Source: Dicyema japonicum (lineage: Eukaryota; Animalia; Dicyemida). Taken from it: DNA of 64,000 nucleotides. Positions 25,046 through 37,434 of the stretch are shown here, one piece after another. Position 1 is the first letter of the stretch. The number at the start of each line of letters is the position of its first letter. A program made the translations under genes and the position numbers. The stretch covers positions 1,236,657-1,300,656 of the forward strand of contig RDEW01000005.1 in the NCBI GenBank assembly GCA_011109175.1, in the 5' to 3' direction. The notes beneath the pieces are model-generated. The model ran no database searches, was not told where the DNA came from, and saw only the letters and a program-made list of their open reading frames with translations.

Positions 25046-25507
25046 TTGAAACTTTATTATAATATTTCACAAGACCGACTAAAGCAAGTTGAAGTTGAGA
25101 AACTTCACAAATATGACTTGCTTGCAAACGAACTTTTGCTGCTCTATGAATGCCAAGTGAAGATTATTCCAGTGGTTTTGACGTGGGATGGAGTTGTCTC
25201 AAGATGTTTCAAGAATCATATGGATAAATTATCTATTGAAGAATCAATGAGGACTTACATCCAATCGGTTGTGCTGAAGAGAACGCTCGGAAGTATGCTC
25301 ATTGAACATAAGCATGGGATGAAGGTATACGATGAAGAGTACGCCTCTGCTACCTCCCAACTTGTGGAACTGGCATGCCGTGAGGACAGCCCACTGGACT
25401 CTAACAGAGATATTTCGACTGAATCTGATTTGGAGATGGGGAGTAAAAGGGAGTTTATGGCAAATTCTTCTTCTAAGAAAAGAAGGATTATTAGCAATCT
25501 GGATTAA
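25046..25507 (+). mobile_element. RLE domain of an R2/NeSL-like non-LTR retrotransposon
   Basis: 'ISQDRLKQVEVEKLHKYDLLANELLLLYECQVKIIPVVLTWDGVVS' carries the RLE E..K..KY motif; same family as 7575-7830. Confidence 0.75.
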
Positions 25508-26848
25508 AATCCGCTTAATTAGTTAATTCTATTTTTTAATAATATTTTAAAATAAATAACTAATCACACCTTGTTCCAAGGGAGACATTAATTATACAAT
25601 GACCGTCCACTGTATTGTAGGTTGAGCGCGGGCCGTTTCCCAAGACATGCCTTTCAACTCAGGAAAAAAATTCAGTCCCAATTTTCCGATGATGTTAACA
25701 GTCGATGTGAGACAAACGGGAACTCTAGCATGGAAAATTTTACCACAAATACGGGGGACAGTTTTACAATCGCTTTCCCAAAATTCTCCTCAAACCACGT
25801 GAGGTTTTTTTTCTGGGAATTTGATTACTGAAGCGACTGAATTTTAAAATCTTTATCAAAGCTTTCAGGCGACTGGTTCACAATGTTCGGATGACTCTGT
25901 TGTGGTTAGTAATCAAAGTGTCACAGAATAAGACAATATGAGGCAGGAATACTTCAACAAAGCTCCACCACATGTCAGTGAACCGATAGTAGTCCAAGAC
26001 AATAAATATAATCCGTCCATATTCGAACCTGTCATTACTAGCACACCCAATCACGTGAATTCTAACCATTCTCTGTCTGAGGGGGAACAGAAATGTGCCA
26101 GTCCCATCTCATTTGGTGGGAGAGCATAATGTGACTGAAGTTAATCACAGAAAATTTGTTATAAAGAATCAAACTTTTAAAGGTGGGACTGAAAATATAG
26201 GGTTTATGTTTAAAGCAGGGAATCTACAGGAAGAATTTATTTAGTGAAATTGCCTAATATTGAAGCATGGGACTAATTTGAGAATTGATAATGATGACCT
26301 TTTCGGTACTCAGTCTGATGATTTATGTGGATCTATTGGTACCAATACTGAATCATTCGTTTTCTTCTAGTTGTGGTCACAATGTATGATTAACGTTTGT
26401 TCAAACAGTTTTTGATAAATGTTATGACTCTTGAGTACCTTATCCTTATTAGCAGCAATTTGCTGAATCATGACGGAATAGTAAATTTCTGGAAAGAAAA
26501 GCCCACCACCAACATCCCTGGATTCACTAAAACGGATAAACAGCGCGGGATGTCCGTTTTATCGGTTCCTATTCAAAATGGCCTCCGATAAATTTTTTCA
26601 GGTTTTGGATAAGTTCTTCAATAAACATCACGAGATATTTTACCAAGGTCCTCGACATCTTTAGGTAAAAAAGTCATCTTTTTTAAATCTTATAAAAATT
26701 GATTTTAAACGGTCCTATGGGTAAGTGAAACTTTTTACCAAGGTCCTCGACATCTTTAGGTAAAAAAGTCATCTTTTTAAATATTTTTATATAAGTTTAA
26801 AATGAAAGATTTATTTTCAAAAGAAAAAAAGGAAAATGATTATAAATG

Positions 26849-28266
26849 TTAATAGAATACATATTCTACTAAATTGAATATATATTCTGTCGGATCCATG
26901 TTAAGTAATATTTGTTCTTCAACAAATCTCAATATATTCTCAGATAAAGCGATATATTTAGTTTTTCCAAGAATTTTTTCTCCATTTTGTAATCTTAAAA
27001 ATTTTATCATTATGCCTTCTTCTTTTATCAATTTATTTACAAAATTTCTTGGCGTCTTGTTTAGTGTCACAAATGTACTTCTAAAAACGTTGTGCCAGCC
27101 TTCATGGAGTTATTTGTCCGAGGTAAGTCCTCATATAATTATCCAGATTATTCCAATAATTAATTGGAAATCTTGGAATTAATGCATTTTCTTGATTTCC
27201 AATATAATTGATCGAAAAATATTGATATAATGGATTTAGAATCACGAAAATCTGATCTCGACACTATCCAATCAAAAGTGTTCTTTACAGTATGTGTAGG
27301 AATAAAGAGAGGCATTTCAACATTTTTACAAATCTATCGTTAATTTTAAATCACATTTAACCTATTTATATCTTCATTATTTATGTCGTTGAAAATTCCT
27401 AGTTCCAATATTTTTTTATTAATATTTTGTCCTAGATGGAACATGCAGCAATTTATCCGTGCGTTTGGAAATGATTTTTGAAAAAAGTTTATTGCTCCTT
27501 TTTCAAAATCTGAGACAATAACTCTTGGTTCTAAATCCGGAATGAGACGTTTAATTATTTGAAGCATTGTGTCATATTCATTTTCAGTTTTTGATGTTAA
27601 AAGACAGAATATTATTAGAATTACAAGGTGATTAATTTTTACCGATATTGTGAATAATTGCTTCCAATGAAGAGGGCAGACAGAAAAAATCCCATCAATA
27701 GACCATATTTTATGATTTTTTAATGGTGTCATCATTTCAGAATTAAAAAATAACCATATTTGTCTCAACATCTGATAAGTTAATCATTAATATACCAATA
27801 TTTTGGCGAAAACTGTGTCCAAACTGATAGAATCTATGCCCTCTTAAGGTATACATTAAATTCTCCTCAATATTAAGAACTGAATCATCACTTTCGTGTG
27901 GGATACTTTTTTTGTTCTATTAATCAGTTGTTCCAGAGAAGAATGAGTCCCTGTCAAATAGTTGTTCAAATTTTGTCCAAGCAGAGAATTGTTAATTATC
28001 TGTCTAGGACCCATATCACATAAGAGTGATTTCTGCTTTATGTCCTCCCGTATTAAGGCTCTCTTGACAAATTCACTCCTTGGAAGATGATTATGTTGCT
28101 TCAGACTCCAAACTTCATCACACGATTGAATGATTTTTACAGATCCAAGACAGGTACGACCTGAGCACCTCCAATATGTGATTTGTCTCTTCCTGTATTT
28201 TAAATGATACAGATTTCCATCATGTTCTAAACTTCTTTTTCCCTATTGGTTAACGAGAAACGGCAT
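26849..28266 (-). pseudogene. MULE transposase with N-terminal FLYWCH domain (disrupted)
   Basis: FLYWCH 'GNLYHLKYRKRQITYWRCSGRTC...HNHLP'; MULE core 'WSIDGIF..CP...QLFTI', 'VSDFEKG', 'CCMFHLGQ', 'PRTNN'. In-frame stops are present. Confidence 0.85.
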
Positions 28267-28289
28267 GCAGTAGTGAATCAATTAATTAA

Positions 28290-31200
28290 TTTTTTTTTTG
28301 ATTTTATTATTTTTATAAGGAAAAAGGAAAAAGAATAGTTAATTTTAATTTTAATTCAGCTGTTGGGAGATGCACAAGCTATTCCCACGTACAACAGCCA
28401 ACGAGAGCCTCTCCTTGAGCCATCTCGTCTCACGAAGATCACCAGTTTTGTCAGTTAGTAGTTTTCCCAAATGGTTCAGGAACTTCAGCGTTTTAGGGCC
28501 AAAGTTCCCCGAAGTTTCAATCGCGACAGGTGCGAAAATGTACCTGTCGCTGATATCCGAATATTTAGCATTTTTTACTTCCTCTGCTTGAGAAGAAGGT
28601 CTGCCCGGTGAATTATTTTTTTTGCTTGGGGCGAAAGAGCAGACACAGGTCACATCCCATACAAGGTTTCGCCCTCGCTCAAAAGAAAAGGAGGTCATGC
28701 CGTCAGGGCGTCTTCCGTTGTCAAATAGACCAGTCGGTTCGATCCGGCAACGGAATCCAGCCGATTCTAATGCCCTCTAATGATGCCGTTCATTGCCGAA
28801 TGTCGAGAAGATCTGCCAATTCCGCTCCGGCATGAGAGGAGGTGGAGACCCAGTTCGTCCGATAGACAGCCACATTTGCACTTCGATTTGGTGCAAACAG
28901 GCAATCCGAGGTGTAGACATACAGCTGTACGAAGTGAGTCATCATCCAACAATCCACCAACTTCTTGACATGGGTAAACCCCAAGCCAAGATCCATCAAC
29001 CGCCTCCCTCGAATTTTGGAAACAATCCAGGCGATGTCCAGAGAGCCGGCTGACTAGGTTGGATGCCAGAGCATTCCATCTATGGATCATCCAAGACGAT
29101 TGTTGGTCTGGATTACGCGGCTCGCTAAGCCCTTCACTCGCCACACGTCCATGTATTCAACCAAGTCATTGGACAGTTTCCGAGATGGAAGCTTTGAAAG
29201 AATTGAGTCCACTTGGTTTTTGCATGAAAGTTTTGAGGCAAAATACGCCGGGCCAGCAATTTGGCAGGGAGTAGTAAGACCGATTCCACCCAATGATATC
29301 GGTAATTGAGTCTGTATCCATCCAGGGGTGTCAAGAGAAACGTTAAGTACGAATTCAGTACATCTTTTGAGGCAATCAGAGTATTCCATTAAAAGGGAAT
29401 CACACTTATAACATGGTGCAGTCCTTAGTAAATAGTTTAATCTTGGAATGGACAAGCAGTTTCTCAATAGGAAGAGGGCAATATGGTTGTCAACATGCCG
29501 CAAACGGGTCTCAAAAGTACCGAGCTCTATTGTCCTTTCTTTAAACACGTCCACAATTTGGTCTTCGAATATAGGAGAACCAAGGAACAGAGACTCCCCA
29601 ACTGGAACCGATGCATAATTTTCGAGAGTGTATTTAAACTGGTCATTGTAGAAAGTAGTCAGATCGGGACTCAAATTGATCTTGATTAATTCACATTTGG
29701 CCTTGTTGACAGAAAGGCCAATCGCTTCGAATTCAGATATCAAACGACGCACGTCCTCCAAAACTGTATCTGGATGTCCACCAATGATTCCGTCATCCAA
29801 ATACCATAAATTTAAAGGTGATTTTAAGCATGCGGCTACTCCATGGATCCCCAAAGCAAAGAGAAGAGGTCCAAGTGGGTCGCCTTGTTGAACACCAGTT
29901 CGTGATTTAATGATGGCATCGTGGAAAACCAATGATGATGGATTAGAATATGAAAGGCGAACAATCTCCCAAATATGTGGTAAATTTTTTTGGCATAACT
30001 CCAATAAATGATCTCTCCTTATGGAATTAAATGCGTTCTTAAGATCTACTTTGCAGACAACAACGTCCTCTTTGCATTCGGACGACGACGTGAAAAAACT
30101 CCTCACTGCGTGGACACAAGCCTCTGCACCGCCACGAACTCCAACGCCCATCTGTATAGGACTGAAATAGGAAGTAATCTTTGAACCCCAGAAAAGCAAG
30201 CGACTTTAGCTGCAAGTCTCCTAAACACGTTTCCAATAGCAATCGGTCTGACACCGCCGTCAGGCTTTCGGAGAGCAACAAGATTAGCAGAAAATAACAT
30301 ATCTCGACCGAAAGGAGACAAACATCCAGAAAGAATTTTGTTGATCAGTTCGCAAATAACATTCGAAAGATCCTTTCCGACAGATCCCATCATTGGAGCT
30401 GTGAGATCACGTAGGTGACCGGGTCTCAAGCCATCGATACCACCTCCACTACTAGGACGAAATGAACGCAGGGAGGTGATTATATCTTCGTTAGAGGCGA
30501 GCAATTGTTCCTCGTGGAAAGGTTTTATAGTTCTCAAGTCTTCGGGGGATCCGGGGTGTTTTTCTCGTAAAGACATGAGCGTTTCAGGGTGTTTTTAAGT
30601 GTCCCAGGATCACAAACTAATAGCCGTACAGCACCACGAATATCGCCTTCCATAAGTTTCATCCTGATTAGTTTCTTTATTAAGCGAAGTTCCTCCGTTT
30701 TCGGACGCTTTGAACTCCGGGGTGCAATTTGAGTTGATTTTAAAGCAGTAAGTGACATTTTATGTTCATTTAGAAACAGTCTAACTCTCTTTTTGATATT
30801 CGTTGCGAGAGAAGTGGATGCTTCCGTTGGTCTTCTGATCCCAAGAGTGAGTGACGGGAAAAGGAAAAATTTGACCCATTCCGAAGAAACGGCGTCAGGC
30901 TTCAAAACATCCTTGATGGTGGAGATCAGAGCCTCGGCAACAGCAGTTCTCGCACCTTTGGGAATCTTCACAGGAATGGTCACGTCCGAGCGCGTTCGAG
31001 AGATCAGTTTCAGAGCTTCATCAGGATCTGCTACGAGAGTAGGGTCAAACGGTTCAATGCAAGCAGTTTGATTGGAGTAAGAAAAAGCAGTACCAGATGA
31101 AAGGCATGGTTGGCAGTTCCATTTTGTCATATTGATAAGAGCCTTCTTGGACACTCCTACGCAAGACCTGTGATACCATCTTGAACATGCTGCACAAGCG

Positions 31201-31331
31201 ATCATCCTTTTTCTCATATTAGTTACGTTGCACTTTTCACATGGGTAGGTGTTTTCCTTCCTTTCTTCATTAGTCTTCATTGTTGTGTCTGTATTTTTCG
31301 TAACAACCACGTCGACAACACAACACCACAT
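28290..31331 (-). mobile_element. Near full-length CRE/Cnl1-clade non-LTR retrotransposon (PHD - RT - zinc knuckle - RLE, ~975 aa)
   Basis: Five overlapping ORFs join through four single-base frameshifts: PHD (C4HC3), GGVRPIAIG, GVQQGDPLGP, WYLDDG, CKCG..H.LSC...RH, RRPDG, VWDVTC, KYSDI, APVAIETSG, ERLSLAVVRGN. A-rich 3' tail. Confidence 0.95.
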
Positions 31332-33385
31332 TAATTAAATTATTCAAATTAAAGAAATTAAAAGAGACAATAACTAATTAAATTTAGTTTTAATAAAAAT
31401 TATTAATTTTTATTCCGAAGTCAATTAGTATCTTAAAATCATAGGGTTTGGAGGACTTTGGTAAAATGTTCCGCTCACCCATAATACCCCTTAAAATCAA
31501 TTTTTATAAGATTTAAAAAAGATGACTTTTTTACCTAAAAATGTAGAGTACCTTGGTAAAATATCTCGTGATGTTTATTGAAGAACTTATCCAAAACCTG
31601 AAAAAATTTATCGGAGGCCATTTTGAACGGAGGCCATTTTGAAGGAGGCCGTTTTGAATGGACACGGTTTTATCATATAGTTCCCCTTCCAATATGTGCT
31701 CGTGTTGACTCAAGGGAGGATCACAGCTCCAAGCTGAGGGCACTGTGTGGAACGTTAGGATCACTTAGTTCTGGGTTTTTAAATAAGCTCGGTTTCCTTG
31801 GATAATTTTTGTTCTTGTTTTATTCTTTAATTAAGAGTTTAAAAAATCTTTCTTTTGGATAATTTTTTCCAAGTACTTTCATGTTTTGGTTATCCTGCAA
31901 GATTGTGGTATTCTAAATTAAATTATTCCGGATCAAGTGTAAAACTAAACTAACCAATTCCTTGATCCTTACGCGTTCCAGCAGAACCCTCACCTAAGAA
32001 CAGTGATCCAGAGGACGTTGTCTGTGAAGTTGTGGTCGATCCATGAACTCGTCCCCATAAAGCGAGAATATCTCCCGTGGAATTAATAGGTTTAATTTCA
32101 TTGAGACATTCTACAGTTTTATGTTGAAACGTCGGATTTTTGACGTTTCTTCCTTGAAAGACGAGGTTTTTTATGCACCATAAACGATATACAGATTTCA
32201 CGGGAAATGTATACCTAACCATCGCAATTTTTCAAACCGATAGGTTGACTGAAAAATTATACCCATCTTGGAATAATTGCTTGGTTTCTCACTGAATCGC
32301 AAGAAAACATAGTCAGTCTCAAAAATTCCGAGAGAAGTCACAGAAATGGTAAGCAATTTGGTTTAATAAATTTAAGGTGTTATTTTGTGATCACCTTTTA
32401 TCGTGTTATGTTTCTCCTCCGAACTGGATCAACCTTTTGGATCTCTGAGAACATCCGTAATTTTTAGACGTTCTTGTTAGCCACCAGTTTCCTCATTTTA
32501 AGGGACCGGGGGTAAATAAAGAAATTTGGATTGAGTCAGAACAAATCTTAGGCGCACTATTGAAGATAGAGTCTGATGATGAGGTGTCAAAGCATTTTAA
32601 AGGTAAAAATAAATACTTTTTGGGAGTGAAAGCAAACTTTAAAATAATCTTAACATGAAAGCAAATTCTGAGTATTTAGGACATACATCTTCCTTGTGTT
32701 TTTAACTTTCTGTTATTTTACTGATTGATAATCAAATTATGAGTGGAAAGTAAAAAAGGATAAAGACTATCGGTAGCAACATACATAGAGCGATGATCTC
32801 TCAAGTTCTATCAATTTTTGGTTGGACGAGATTCGAACTTTGATCTTACGCACATTCAACAGTCCGTTTGTTCAGAACTTCGAATTTCCGATGTCTCTCG
32901 AGTTCGTCACTTAAGGCAATTACTTTCATCCACTCGAACATAAAAATAGACATTCTCATAGCAATTTATTCATTTGCGTAACTCTTGTTAACACCAAGAA
33001 AAAAAATAATAAGCGTCAGGTGGTTCCCTTTATCATCCCTGCCACCTTCAAGGGACCCCATCGCCTCACGAAAATGTCTGCGCTTTTGCCTACACAGGAA
33101 GTCGACGAGGGACAAATGTCTGTGGATGGACCGACCATTTTCCGATCGTGACAGGAATTAACACAGTAGATTTCTAATACCAACAACAACAACCCACCCA
33201 CCAAGGAGTAGTAATGTTTCCATTGGTTGAACCTCAGCTTAGGCAGAACTCACACTTTATTTAAGAGATAAGAACAGTCAGCTAATTAATCCAAGACATC
33301 GATAGTGTTTTAATTTCTTGTTTTCCTTTTTCTTGCATGTGAGTCTCCGAGACAAACCGGTTCCGCATTGATGAAATACTAAGAA

Positions 33386-33500
33386 GGCGTCACTCGTCAA
33401 CCCATAAGCATCGTAGATGCGTTGAACCTTCAACCGAAATGACAGCAGCGAGATTCGAACCTGGAACCTCCTGATTTTGGTCCGGATTTCTAACAACACT
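33386..33500 (-). mobile_element. tRNA-derived SINE (copy F, 3'-truncated)
   Basis: Reverse complement contains GGTTCGAATCTCGCTGCTG and GCATCTACGATGC..TTGACGAGTGACGCC. Confidence 0.8.
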
Positions 33501-33544
33501 TAAATTAAATTTATTAACCAAAACCCACCGCCATAGCCAGAATG

Positions 33545-33925
33545 AGAAAATTCAGGTGATCCCGGCCTCCCTCAGCAGTCTCGCATCTTTTCCTGGTTTT
33601 CAGACTGTTTTCCGGCATATTTGCGATAAGGACGGGGTTCACTCACACGAATCTTGCACCAGAAAATTGCTCTAGTTGCATATATTCTCATAGCTTCTGG
33701 GCAGGATTTCCTTGCAAAAAGACTTGTTCAATACTTTCGCCTGACTGAATGTCATGGATCTTGGTCAGGTTCATCGCGGCAAGATTTGTTCCCCAGACAG
33801 CACATACATAACAATTGTAGGTACAATGTACTGCTTGTTGAGGATATCCAACCCATTTAGGCCTTTGTAGTCTCTTAGATTTCCCAGAAAAGCCTTGATG
33901 AATTTCCTCGTCTGAATTTCTAACA
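33545..33925 (-). mobile_element. LINE 3' region fragment
   Basis: Ends in 'gctgagggaggccgggatcac', shared with 38335 and 49552. Confidence 0.65.
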
Positions 33926-34275
33926 ATTAAATCGAAAATACAAACAATTAATCAATTTAGAACAATAATATTAAATTAACAAGGTAATATTAGTAGTGAA
34001 ATCAAATTATCAGTTAAAGTCAATGGGTTTCACATATATAAAATATTTAGACAAAGCAAAGCAACGATCGCCACAAACAGACTCAGAGAATAAAAAGAAT
34101 CAAACATCAACCAAAGGCAAATTCATTGGGAAAATAAAGAGAATATTCGACATCATCAAAGTCACTACAACAAAAAGCAACAAAGAAGACGGAAGCAAGT
34201 CATGGAATAACAAAATCAAACCAACTTGAGTTTAAAAAAAACAATTTTATTAATAAATTTAAAATACAGTTCACG

Positions 34276-35389
34276 TCAATCGTCGTCCAGATAAGGTAGG
34301 AACAGTCCCTAAAGCTAAGTTTTAGCAATACAAGCTGTGAGGAAGCCGCAGCAAGGAGCATCAGTCGGGGGTTGAATCGAGCATGTCGAATGCAGCCATT
34401 AGGGAGTACTGATTTTATTTGAGTTATCTTTTCGCCGGATTCTGTCTTCCAAAAGTGGATGAAGCCGTTGGAAGACCCAGAAATCACAAACTGAGAGTCT
34501 GGAGTAAAATCCGCAGCAATGTGGAGGCCCGCATCGTTTGAGAAACCCTGGAAGTCAAAATTCCTACAGAAACCTCAAATTTGTGTCTCAACGTACCATA
34601 AAAGGCATCCACAAGAAGGTGAGACTTTCCAGTAGTCGATATAAGGAGATTCTTCCCATCTGGACTAAACTTGAGGTCACTCCAATCGCATTTGACAGAG
34701 TTCTGGTCAATCTCTGATGTGAGAAAGGGACCCTTGAATGAAAAGGCCTATAACCTTGTCATATGACCGTAAATCATAGAATTTCAACGTGGAACCGTAC
34801 CCCACCGTGAAAATCAGTCCTTCAGGATCTATTGAGCTAACAGGGACACCAGGAACAGCCAGCATTCCCTAAATTACAGTTTTACAACGAACTTGACAAT
34901 TCGGGGACTTTAAATCCCATATTCTCAGCGTATGGTCGATGGAACCAGAGAGGAATAGATCATCAAGCGGAGACATCCGTAGGGCCACAACACTAGGTTA
35001 CATCACGGTCTACCGGTCTGTGTGCCCCGAGAAATAGCGGATATATTGATTGCTGTTCAATGAGAGGTACCGGATGCTGTCTATGACTTAATGAGGTCTC
35101 ATACTGTCGACTTTGGTGGAACCATGAATCACGGTGTTATCAGCGTGGGTAAACTGAATAAGATTGACTCCGTATTTTCTGCTGTTGAATGACTTTTTGA
35201 AACTATAAATGAAAATCCTTGCGCTTACATTCCGTTATTGCAGTCGTATATGCAAACTTGATCGTCGTCTCCACTGATTATAATGGATTCGCCATCCCGT
35301 GAGAATGCTATGTGATTTATTTCGTCTCTGCTTTCGTTGAAAATCTTAGCCGGACGGATGCTTTGCACTGATCTTTGATCAAGTCTCAT
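34276..35389 (-). CDS. WDR82: WD repeat protein 82 / Swd2 (COMPASS subunit), 8 exons
   Basis: [88 protein letters not shown]. Seven introns of 21-26 nt give an open frame. Confidence 0.96.
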
Positions 35390-36518
35390 TTCATCACACG
35401 TGAAATTTATTTACTTTTAGTTTTTAATTTGAATTTTTTATTTAATTTTATTAAATTTACATAAATTTTAAATTATAATATGATAAAATAGCAGATAGCA
35501 AATATGTTGTTCCCTCTCACAACTTCTCTCTAGACAACTTTCATGCTTTTTTTCTCTTACTAAATATCACATTTTGGGCGGAATTTTTACCAGCTGGTGA
35601 AATCTACAATGCCCCTTTATAGCCTCACCAATAATGTGTTTATTTACTCATTAACTTGAATAAAAAGTTAATAATCAGCAACTAAATGTATCCTGTTCCC
35701 ACAGACTCGGAAATATAAATATCACGTAAGCACATCCAGAACCAACAGAAAGTTAAAAATCCAGTCCTTACGGTAACAGGAAGTCCTCCAAAGGAGTGTG
35801 GGAGACAAATAATTTTTTTGTCCTGGCACAGGGCGACCATTGAGTTTATCGCTTTTGTCACGATTGGCTTTGAATTTGATTCCCACAGCTTTTTGGTCTT
35901 TGCCTTCTTAAATTCCTAAGATGCATCATATGATTCACCTCTCCAAGGAGACGCCTAGTTTAGGCCGGGATACAAAAGGATCTCGTTTTTCCCCACTATA
36001 CTTGAGAAATTCCTACAGTGGTGAGTATGGATGGACTTGATGTTGAAAAATATCATCTCGCTTTGACAGTGGGAACTAGGATAACTTAGTTGAGGACTTT
36101 TCTTTTTAATCTGATGATCCTGTAGCAATAATATTTTTTTTATTTAGAAACAAGAATCCCTGACAAATTTAAATATTAAGATTAAATTATGACAAAAAAT
36201 TTTAAAAAATAAACTAGCCTCAGTCAGGCATGCTGAACTTAAATATAGCATTAAGCGGAGGATTAGAAGCCAACAGGGATTCCCGCAGTAATGGCGAATG
36301 AATTTGGAATAGTCCATCGCTAAATCGTATTTGCACCAAATGTGAAGTTTTCTGTACTATTGAGTGTACATACTGGGTGGAAAGTACTGCCGTACAGGTT
36401 TCCCATAAAGGTGAAAGGTCTGTAGTAGCCTGGTGCATTCATTTGCGAGTGTACTTAGTCAACTTGCTTGTGAATGCAAGCCGAACTGGATGAAAGTTTC
36501 ATCGACTAAATAAATTTA

Positions 36519-36712
36519 GGAGTTGCGCAGTGTAACGAGTGTCGGGCAAAAGGCCCGATGGTCCCTAATTCGATTCTCGATGCTGTACATTCCGGCTGAA
36601 GCTTCCACGCATCTACGATGCTTTGGTTTTACGAGTGACACCGTCATCAGTGAACATTTCACTGTGAAACCTGATTGTCTATAAAAGGACTCACACCCAA
36701 CAAAAAAAAATT
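36519..36712 (+). mobile_element. tRNA-derived SINE (copy A)
   Basis: TTGCGCAGTG A-box, ATTCGATTC B-box-like, full core and poly(A). Confidence 0.85.
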
Positions 36713-37114
36713 GAAGAGCATTCCTCAGTTCTCCCTCATAGATTAGTTATGATAACTGTTCTTTACTTAAAATAGTTTGTACCCTACCTATAAGGAGCTA
36801 TAGCTAATATAGCTCTTCGTAAAGTGCAGCATTTTTAGAGCATTTAAATGGCCCTACTTATAAGTTTTCCTTTGACCCAGAAGGAGCTTATTTATTAAAT
36901 CCTGTTTTTTGGCACGCTAACAAATTTATAATAATCGAATTGATTCTCCAACAGTTTTTGGCATATATTTGTTACTTTCATTATTGTGGCCCTCATCTGA
37001 TTTATAAAAACTGCACTTTTACGCAGAGCTCATATTAGCGATAGTTCTTTCCAGGCACACTTATTTTAAGTAAAGAAGAGCTAATCGATGAGGAAGAAGC
37101 GAGGAATCACTTCC
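36713..37114. mobile_element. Foldback/MITE element with ~130-bp imperfect TIRs
   Basis: Left arm 'gaagagcattcctcagttctccctcatagattag...ttctttacttaaaata...agctcttcgtaaagtgcag'; right arm reverse complement 'ggaagtgattcctcgcttcttcctcatcgattagctcttctttacttaaaata...gagctctgcgtaaaagtgcag'. Confidence 0.8.
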
Positions 37115-37434
37115 AATTCTAAATTTAAATTCTGTAAATTTTTATGCATTAAAAGAACTTTCCCTTAATATCTATATTACTTTGTGCGGTTAACGGAAAA
37201 GTAACTGCCAATCAAACTCTCCCAGAGATCAGTCAGAATGATCAGACGTGTTGGGGGTGACTTTTAAGTAGTTGCGTTCCTACGAGCGCCAAGATTTCGT
37301 TCCAAAATATCTGTGAAATACGGTTATACGAAAAATTAAGAGTTTGTTTTAACCGCCCAAAATAATTTCAAATACGCTTAAGAATTTTGACTAAAAAAGT
37401 AAAGGAGACACAGTAAAAATCAAAAATGGTAAAA

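Larger units (their letters stand above)
26570..31640 (-). mobile_element. Mutator-like (MULE) DNA transposon with ~180-bp TIRs, carrying a nested CRE element
   Basis: 26570-26752 is the reverse complement of 31449-31640 ('attcaaaatggcctccgataaattttttcaggttttggataagttcttcaataaacatcacgagatattttaccaagg...'). The transposase lies inside. Confidence 0.85.

Noticed and set aside
25620-26560. Possible host gene interrupted by the MULE
   Set aside because: Only short low-complexity open segments; I could not build a consistent spliced model or find a continuation beyond 31690.
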